A DNA stretch of 64,000 bases from a virus (taxonomy: Duplodnaviria > Heunggongvirae > Uroviricota > Caudoviricetes), in IMG/VR virus record IMGVR_UViG_3300024270_000011. One strand, 5' to 3'. Each line of letters begins with the position of its first letter. Position 1 is the first letter of the stretch. This document shows positions 57,305 through 64,000 of this stretch, piece after piece. The notes beneath the pieces are model-generated. The model did not search any database, was not told where the DNA came from, and saw only the letters and a program-made list of their open reading frames with translations. A program made the position numbers and the translations under genes.

Positions 57305-60300
57305 ATGAAAGACATTTCAGAAAGTCTGTTTCAAGCGGTAGACATTATTATGTCAGCTAAATTACATGACTTGAAATATGATAAAACAATCATTTGTACG
57401 ATTGAAGATGATACCAATAAAGAAAAAGGCGAATACATTTGTTCAGATGGTTCATCTAAATTTATTGCGTACTCTGATGTCACTACATATAAAAATGGCA
57501 TATCAGTCTATGTGACTGTTCCTGATGGAGATTATAATAATAGGAAAATTATTATTGGTCGATATGTCGAAGATAATGGTGAGTACTATACATATAGGGC
57601 TCCTTTCGAGGACTACATAGATATTACAGAGAATTTGATTGAAGACGATTTGCCTGCGACGGGATTGTTGGCAAATGGGTCTCTTAAAGAAAAAGTTCTT
57701 TGGATGCGAGATTTTGAAAAAGAGCGCGATGCCAGTGGTGATGAAAATTATGTTGGCATCGGTAAGGGTTATAAAGTTCTTGGATTAAATGCAAAATTTA
57801 AGTCTTGGCTTGCGGCTTTGGCTCCAGTGGTCGGTTCATACGGGCTTCGTATTGACTTAGTAGGAAGACAGACTAATACAGCTAAGACAGAAGCAACTGA
57901 AAAGTACTATTCCTTCTACTTAACAACAGATGATATGTTTGGTAATGTTTATAACTTTGAAACATATTATTCTCAAGAGAAGATTTTTGATATTAGTATG
58001 ATTGATGAAATTGCGCGCATGCAGCTTGTATTCTACCAGGATGCAAACTTCGCAACTGCCGCAGGCATACCAATTCCTACAACCCAAGGCAATATTCCTT
58101 TAACAGACAATATTTTTGTTAAAGAACCATTTGTTTCTCTTGGTTATTCATTGAGTGACTTTGCAGAAGATGCTTTGTTGCTTTATTCATTTGATTCTTT
58201 AACTTATACCCCTCAGGCATCCTCAGAGCAAAATACAAAAAGACTTAAAGCTCGTTGGATTCATTTTGATGAGGAAGGTCAAGTTATTGCGATTGATAAG
58301 GAAAATGAAATTCCCGCAGACGCAAAACTACATTGGTATAAATTCAATTTAACAGAGGGTGTAACTGATACTTTAGCTGGAAACTTTTGGGAGGAATTAC
58401 CAGACCAGTTAAATAAGTTGAGTTACAAATTTGTTCCAGATATTTCAAAACAAAACGAAAAATATAAAATCATTGTTGAAACTCCTAATTTAGAGTTAAT
58501 TCAAACTGAGATTGATGATGGTTTCACCGAATTAGAAGCTAAAAGAGATGAGTATAAAACAGAGGAAGATTTTGAGAAAGCAAAGACTGAATTTGAACTA
58601 CAGCAGTTAGCCAGAGTGAACTATTACTATAGTGAAGTGTTTACTTTTGAAAATGAGGTCGCTTGTGTAAATGATGCAACAGTAGATTTAATTCAAGCTT
58701 TACAAATTGTTTGTGACCCTAAAGAAGATGGTGGTCTTCAAGGTAATTATTGTATCTATGATATGACAAACGAACTTTTAAACCCAACCGAAGGTAAGAA
58801 AGTGAGAAAACTTGAAGCAACCTATAAGTCTTTGGTTACTGGTGAACCTTCTTTAGACAAGGCCGCATCTATTACTTGGAAAATTCCAATTTCAAATACA
58901 ATGATTTATCCTCCAGAAGAAGGCGTGGAATATTTTACTGAGGTTGATGAAGAGTCTGGCGCAGTTCCTGATGAGATTAGTGGAGATGGAAACTTCTTCT
59001 ATATTACTCGTATGGGTACTGAAAACTATGATTTGACCCCAGAAGAAGAAGCTGAAGGATTGCAAATTGAAGTATTACAGAACTTTAGAATTAAAAGTTA
59101 TTATACTCAAAGCGCAACCAATAATACGATTTATTGTTCTGTTGTAAAAAATAATAGAACATATGAAGCGTCAGTTTCTTTAGCTTTTGGTCCTATGGGA
59201 ACCAATGGTACAGATTCTACTTTAATTCTTTCTTTAGATAAGAATGCCGCAGCTATTAAGCCAGGTGAAACTTTGAATGTAAATGCTAATTTGTATGACT
59301 ATGAAAACAATGAATTAGAAATTACTGATATCACTTGGTCTTGGTGGAGTTATGATAATAATATTGGATTGACTAATACAAGAAGCAATCCTTGTACAAT
59401 TAAAGCTTCTGCGATAGAAGGAATTAAGATTTATCATAATATCTTAAAGGCAGTTGTTAAGCATAATGATGTTATGCTTGAAGCTTATTTACCAATTCCA
59501 GTAAAAAGCTCTGATAATGTTAAGTATGCTGAACTTCCAAATCGTGTTGTTTATGATGCGGGCGGTAGTAATGCAGCCTATTATAAAAATCCTTTAAGAG
59601 TAATTAAAACTGAAGATGATAGTCAGTTTGATGGCTTTTGGGATGTGGTTCTTACAGACTACACTGAAGCTAATAGAAAATATTATCCAGTTGTAAAAGA
59701 AACAGAAGATGGAGTTAAATTTATTCCTACTTCTATGTTCTTTAATGATTTGGATAAAGGTGTTACTTTAATTTTTGAAACAGCTGATATGAAAGAATGG
59801 TGGTACCAGCCAATTCTTATCATTCAAAACAGATGGCCGAGCGCTATGCTGAATTCTTGGGACGGCAGCTTGACAATTGACGAAGAAAATGGTACAATAT
59901 TATCAACGATGGTTGGTGCTGGTAAAAAGGAAAGTGATAATACTTTTACTGGCGTACTTATGGGTGATGTAGAGACAGGCTCAGGAGACAAAACCATTAA
60001 GAAAACTGGTGTATATGGTTATAACCATGGTATGCAAAGTTTTGGTTTTATGGATGATGGCAAAGCCTTCATTGGTAAAACTGGTAAGGGTCGAATTGAA
60101 TTTGATGGTAACCATGGTTGGATTCAATCTATGTCTTATTCTTTGAATAAGACTGGTATGCGAATTGATTTGGATGATGGTATTATTGACATTCGAGGAG
60201 CAAAAAAGCTTACTGAAAATAATACCAATACATCTAATAGTACATACAAAGAAACCAACAGTCAGATTACAATTCAAGCACTTGACCCATATTTAATTAT

Positions 60301-61972
60301 TAAAACCGAAAACGCAAAAGAAATTATGCGTATCGGCTCTGAAAAATATTATTTACAATCTGAGGATTTCACTGATAAAGTCGGTGCGAAATTAGATATT
60401 GCAAAAGGTATTTTCCAGGCATATGACGTAGATGGTTCAGGAAACTATATTAAATTAAGTGGTAATGGCAGCCCATTCTTCCAAATTCATGATGCCGCAA
60501 AAAGTATAAATATCATGTACGCGGGAGAAAGTCAATTTTACTTGCAATCTTCTAATTATAAAGACAAGCAAGGTATGAAGATTGATTTAAATAATGGTAC
60601 TTTAACTACTTATGATAATGAAGGTTCTGGCTCATATGTTAAGATTGATGGTGGCGGCGCACCATTCTTAGCTATTTATGATGCTGAGGCGACAACTACA
60701 TCTAAATATATTTTATATGCTTCTAAAAGTTCTTATTATATGCAGTCTTCTGATTATGTAGCAGACACAGCTGGAGTTTATATTAACTTTAAAACTGGAT
60801 ATATTAACTCTTATAAAGGAAGCATTGGTGGTTGGGATATTTATCCTAATTATTTAAAGGGTGGTACTGTAACCCTTAATAAAGATGGCACTATTAGTGG
60901 TGGTACCACTTATAAATGGTCTATTACATCAGACGGTGAAGCTAATTTTGATTATCTTCATGCAGAGTCCGGTGGGCAGATTGGACCATTCAAAGTTAAT
61001 GCTACTTGTTTATATACTGGAAGTCCAACATTAGGCTCTTCTGGTGTTTATCTTGGAAATGACGGTTTAAGTGTTGGTACTTCTTTTTCTGCCGTAGCTT
61101 CTTCTGGTACGGTTACTTGTACTAAGCTTATTGCGAAAAAGGAAGGCCAGATTGGACCATTTAATATTTCTGCATCCGGACTTTCTACTGCGGCGACTTC
61201 AACATATAGCTTGCGTGCACGAGCAGCAGGAGGAACAGTAGATTTAACTTCTACTGGTATTAGTGTTAATGGAGATAGCTTTAGTGCTGATACTGCTGGT
61301 AATGTTAATCTTAAAGGAGTTATTGCCGGCAATCTTTGGTCTATTGATGCTGATGGATTAGCACAATTTGAAAATTTACAAGTTACTAAAAAAGGTAAAT
61401 TTGGACCTTTATTAGTTGATGGAACTAAAATTAGTGCAGATACAGGATTAATTTTAGAATTAGATCAAGGTTCATCTTCTTTGTATCTAAGTAATACCAT
61501 GGCAAAGTTAGCAGGACCTACTGGATATGTTGCTTTTTTAAGTGATACTGCTTTTATTTATGCTGATAGATTACTATTAAAACAAAATGCAATATTTGAA
61601 GCTAATGGTAATTTTACAATTGAATGTTCAGGTACTATTAATTTTGATGCTGGTAAAGTAGATTTTAAAGAGGGTGGTTTAACAATCGCTGGTGAATCAG
61701 GTATTTCTGCCACTCAATTGATTAGAACTTCTGTGTTAGGCCCTCGTGCGAAGTTCCGATTTGTAAATGGTATTTTAGTTGAAGTTGATAAAAATGCAGA
61801 AACAGCCGACGGTGATGAAAGTGTAGGAAGCTTAGCTACACAAACGTGGGTTACAGAAAATTTTGCAGCAAAAAGTCATAGTCATAGCGGTTATGCTTCA
61901 TCAAGTCATAGTCATTCTCAGTATTGTACAGCAGACGAAGTTGAAGATATGATTAACGCCGCTTTGAAATAA
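57305..61972 (+). CDS. Large tail tip/fibre protein
   Basis: About 1555 aa from ATG 57305; ~65-70 aa tandem repeats (Y(L/M)QS..Y...G..I), G(Q/K)(I/F)GP beta-repeats, C-terminal HSH motifs. Confidence 0.7.
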   Translation: MKDISESLFQAVDIIMSAKLHDLKYDKTIICTIEDDTNKEKGEYICSDGSSKFIAYSDVTTYKNGISVYVTVPDGDYNNRKIIIGRYVEDNGEYYTYRAPFEDYIDITENLIEDDLPATGLLANGSLKEKVLWMRDFEKERDASGDENYVGIGKGYKVLGLNAKFKSWLAALAPVVGSYGLRIDLVGRQTNTAKTEATEKYYSFYLTTDDMFGNVYNFETYYSQEKIFDISMIDEIARMQLVFYQDANFATAAGIPIPTTQGNIPLTDNIFVKEPFVSLGYSLSDFAEDALLLYSFDSLTYTPQASSEQNTKRLKARWIHFDEEGQVIAIDKENEIPADAKLHWYKFNLTEGVTDTLAGNFWEELPDQLNKLSYKFVPDISKQNEKYKIIVETPNLELIQTEIDDGFTELEAKRDEYKTEEDFEKAKTEFELQQLARVNYYYSEVFTFENEVACVNDATVDLIQALQIVCDPKEDGGLQGNYCIYDMTNELLNPTEGKKVRKLEATYKSLVTGEPSLDKAASITWKIPISNTMIYPPEEGVEYFTEVDEESGAVPDEISGDGNFFYITRMGTENYDLTPEEEAEGLQIEVLQNFRIKSYYTQSATNNTIYCSVVKNNRTYEASVSLAFGPMGTNGTDSTLILSLDKNAAAIKPGETLNVNANLYDYENNELEITDITWSWWSYDNNIGLTNTRSNPCTIKASAIEGIKIYHNILKAVVKHNDVMLEAYLPIPVKSSDNVKYAELPNRVVYDAGGSNAAYYKNPLRVIKTEDDSQFDGFWDVVLTDYTEANRKYYPVVKETEDGVKFIPTSMFFNDLDKGVTLIFETADMKEWWYQPILIIQNRWPSAMLNSWDGSLTIDEENGTILSTMVGAGKKESDNTFTGVLMGDVETGSGDKTIKKTGVYGYNHGMQSFGFMDDGKAFIGKTGKGRIEFDGNHGWIQSMSYSLNKTGMRIDLDDGIIDIRGAKKLTENNTNTSNSTYKETNSQITIQALDPYLIIKTENAKEIMRIGSEKYYLQSEDFTDKVGAKLDIAKGIFQAYDVDGSGNYIKLSGNGSPFFQIHDAAKSINIMYAGESQFYLQSSNYKDKQGMKIDLNNGTLTTYDNEGSGSYVKIDGGGAPFLAIYDAEATTTSKYILYASKSSYYMQSSDYVADTAGVYINFKTGYINSYKGSIGGWDIYPNYLKGGTVTLNKDGTISGGTTYKWSITSDGEANFDYLHAESGGQIGPFKVNATCLYTGSPTLGSSGVYLGNDGLSVGTSFSAVASSGTVTCTKLIAKKEGQIGPFNISASGLSTAATSTYSLRARAAGGTVDLTSTGISVNGDSFSADTAGNVNLKGVIAGNLWSIDADGLAQFENLQVTKKGKFGPLLVDGTKISADTGLILELDQGSSSLYLSNTMAKLAGPTGYVAFLSDTAFIYADRLLLKQNAIFEANGNFTIECSGTINFDAGKVDFKEGGLTIAGESGISATQLIRTSVLGPRAKFRFVNGILVEVDKNAETADGDESVGSLATQTWVTENFAAKSHSHSGYASSSHSHSQYCTADEVEDMINAALK

Positions 61973-61998
61973 ATATATTATAAAGGAGATAAAGGATT

Positions 61999-62397
61999 AT
62001 GTTAATTCGTAAAGAAATGGCAAATATTGAAATTTACAATATTGCAAACGCTCTTTTAGAGGTTTTCAATGAAGATGTACATCTCCCTGTTAAAGTAAAT
62101 TTCTATTTACAGAAAAACATCGGCCGCATGGTCGAAATGGCAAAAGATATTGACAAAGCTCGTATGGAGATTGTTAGAAAATATGGTGAGCCTCTTGAAG
62201 AAGACCCAAATCAGTTCAAGATTGACCCTGAGAAGGTTGATGATGCAAACAAGGAGATTCAGGACCTATTCTCTTTGAAACAAGAGGTTAAGATTAATAC
62301 CATTTTACTTGAAGCGTTTGACGATGTTGATTTAACAAGTCAGCAGGTTGGCGCAATCATGTTTATGATTCAGGACGACGAAGAAGATAAGGAGTAA
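61999..62397 (+). CDS. Small helical protein, probable tail fibre chaperone
   Basis: 132 aa directly after the fibre gene. Confidence 0.5.
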   Translation: MLIRKEMANIEIYNIANALLEVFNEDVHLPVKVNFYLQKNIGRMVEMAKDIDKARMEIVRKYGEPLEEDPNQFKIDPEKVDDANKEIQDLFSLKQEVKINTILLEAFDDVDLTSQQVGAIMFMIQDDEEDKE

Positions 62398-62402
62398 AGG
62401 CT

Positions 62403-64000
62403 ATGGCAGTAAAGTTGTATCCCCCTGTAATAGAGGGAGCACTTCCAGCCTTCTATGGGACTGAGACTCTCTCAGTCCCATTTTCTATGAATCGAGCTGT
62501 TGGAGTTAGTGAAGTAGCTGGATTTGCTTTAAAAATCAAAACAGTTGGTGGTGTTTATGTCACAACTCTCAAGACAGTTGATACCTCTGATTTTGACCTA
62601 CTTGATAGTACGATAGTTTCATTTGATATTTCAGGATTGGATAAACCTTTTACTGTTGGTCAATATTACAAAGTTCAGCTCGCTTATATTGACAAGGATA
62701 ATCAAGTCGGTTTTTACTCAACTGTTGGTGTAATTAAATATACAACTAAACCAACTGTAACTCTTCAGAATTTTAAATTCGGACAAATTAACCAGCATAA
62801 TTATTCTTATGTTGGACTATATAGCCAAGAGGGTGCTACTACTCTTGAAGATGGTCGTGTTGTAAAGCGTGATTCTACTGAGAAAATGTATTCCTGTAGA
62901 TTTACAATTCAAGATGACCAAGGTAATTATGTGTATGATAGTGGAGAGATTATCCATAAGACTATTGAAGATGATGTATCTTATGAATCACATGAGTCTT
63001 GTTTGATTTCTCAAGATTTGGATATTAACCGCTCTTATTATGCACGCTTCTGGGTTAAGACTATTAATGGTCTCGAAGAAGCTTCTCAGAAATATCGTGT
63101 AATGCAGAGACGTTCTATTAGTCCTGAGATTACAGTAGAACTTAAGGCTGAATTAGATTATGACAATGGTTTCATCAATATTAGAATTATTGATGTTCCA
63201 CCAAAAGACCCAGTTATTTCTGGTACTTTCTTAATCTCTCGTGCGGCAAGTAATACAGGATATGTATGGGAAGAATTTAGACGTTTTGACTTACAATCTA
63301 TGATTCCAGATAAATGGAGTGCGGTAGATTGTACAATTGAACAAGGCGTTACTTATAAGTATTCTTTGCAGCAATATAATGCTAATAAGATTTACTCTGA
63401 TAGAATCATTTCTAATGCAGTATATGCGGATTTCGAAGATGCGTTCCTTTATGATGGGAGCAAGCAACTCAAGATTCGATTTAATCCTAAAGTGTCAAGC
63501 TTTAAGAATACAGTATTAGAAACCAAGGTGGATACTATTGGTAGTCAACATCCATTCATTCTTAGAAATGGAAACGTAAACTATCGAGAATTTCCAATCT
63601 CTGGGCTAATTTCTTATCAAATGGACGACAGTCATATGTTCATGTCCAAGGAAGACCTTGCCCTTACTGAAAAATCGTTTGATTTAACAAGTGATAATAT
63701 TAAAACAGAAAGAATATTTAAGTTGAAAGCATTAGAATGGCTTACGAACGGAAAAGCCAAACTCTTCCGCTCTCCGACCGAAGGTAATTATATTGTTCGC
63801 TTGATGAATAGCTCATTGACTCCGAACGATACGGTCGGCCGCATGCTTCATACATTTAACTGTACTGCATACGAAATTGCGAAATGCACAACTGAAAACT
63901 TAGAATATTATGGACTTATTGATGCGACAGAGAACCTTACAGCACAGACTCGTTGGGTTACTGTTGACATTCAGAAGTTTGCACAAACTGCAATTGGTGA
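62403..64000 (+). CDS. Tail/baseplate protein (partial, runs off the window)
   Basis: ATG 62403 with AAGGAG RBS (MAVKLYPPVIEGALPAF...); frame checked open at both ends; absent from the ORF track because there is no stop. Confidence 0.75.
   Translation, partial: MAVKLYPPVIEGALPAFYGTETLSVPFSMNRAVGVSEVAGFALKIKTVGGVYVTTLKTVDTSDFDLLDSTIVSFDISGLDKPFTVGQYYKVQLAYIDKDNQVGFYSTVGVIKYTTKPTVTLQNFKFGQINQHNYSYVGLYSQEGATTLEDGRVVKRDSTEKMYSCRFTIQDDQGNYVYDSGEIIHKTIEDDVSYESHESCLISQDLDINRSYYARFWVKTINGLEEASQKYRVMQRRSISPEITVELKAELDYDNGFINIRIIDVPPKDPVISGTFLISRAASNTGYVWEEFRRFDLQSMIPDKWSAVDCTIEQGVTYKYSLQQYNANKIYSDRIISNAVYADFEDAFLYDGSKQLKIRFNPKVSSFKNTVLETKVDTIGSQHPFILRNGNVNYREFPISGLISYQMDDSHMFMSKEDLALTEKSFDLTSDNIKTERIFKLKALEWLTNGKAKLFRSPTEGNYIVRLMNSSLTPNDTVGRMLHTFNCTAYEIAKCTTENLEYYGLIDATENLTAQTRWVTVDIQKFAQTAIG

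Noticed and set aside
42100-61990. TAAATA as a T4-like late promoter
   Set aside because: Most occurrences coincide with TAA stop codons in AT-rich spacers; no consistent position
1-64000. Stop-codon reassignment, introns/inteins, DGR, integrase or IS elements
   Set aside because: Genes are intact in code 11; terminase and capsid are of normal length; no reverse transcriptase, TR/VR pair, recombinase or transposase is recognisable in this window

Overview
Window from a large tailed phage (SPbeta/c-st-like siphovirus gene order). The host is probably a Firmicute/Clostridia gut bacterium, inferred from extended -10 sigmaA promoters, AGGAGG RBSs and an AbrB gene. Positions 1-28.7 kb are a minus-strand early/accessory region of about 55 mostly small genes, nearly all with their own near-consensus sigmaA promoter; I counted 40 co-oriented promoters between 14.0 and 28.4 kb. 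It is interrupted at 11.5-13.3 kb by a plus-strand island containing a tandem winged-helix (Rep-like) gene flanked on both sides by iteron-like repeats. At 28.8-30.8 kb lie an S24/S26 peptidase, abrB and folD. From 30.95 kb to the end is the plus-strand packaging/head/tail module (terminase, portal, protease-scaffold, capsid, tail tube, 3085-aa tape measure, tail proteins). The best leads are not in the ORF track: (1) a 53-aa ArfA-like ribosome-rescue protein with its own promoter; (2) an 88-nt promoter-driven tRNA-like RNA with a T-arm, 0.6 kb away; (3) about nine dispersed back-to-back promoter cassettes with a TTTGTGCA box at a fixed distance from each -35 and a GC hairpin; (4) further structured non-coding transcription units; (5) a 1.2-kb segment strongly depleted of TT on the transcribed-sense strand, abutting a probable genome terminus near 28.67 kb. 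All family assignments come from motif recognition by eye, all counts are by hand, and no database searches were run.
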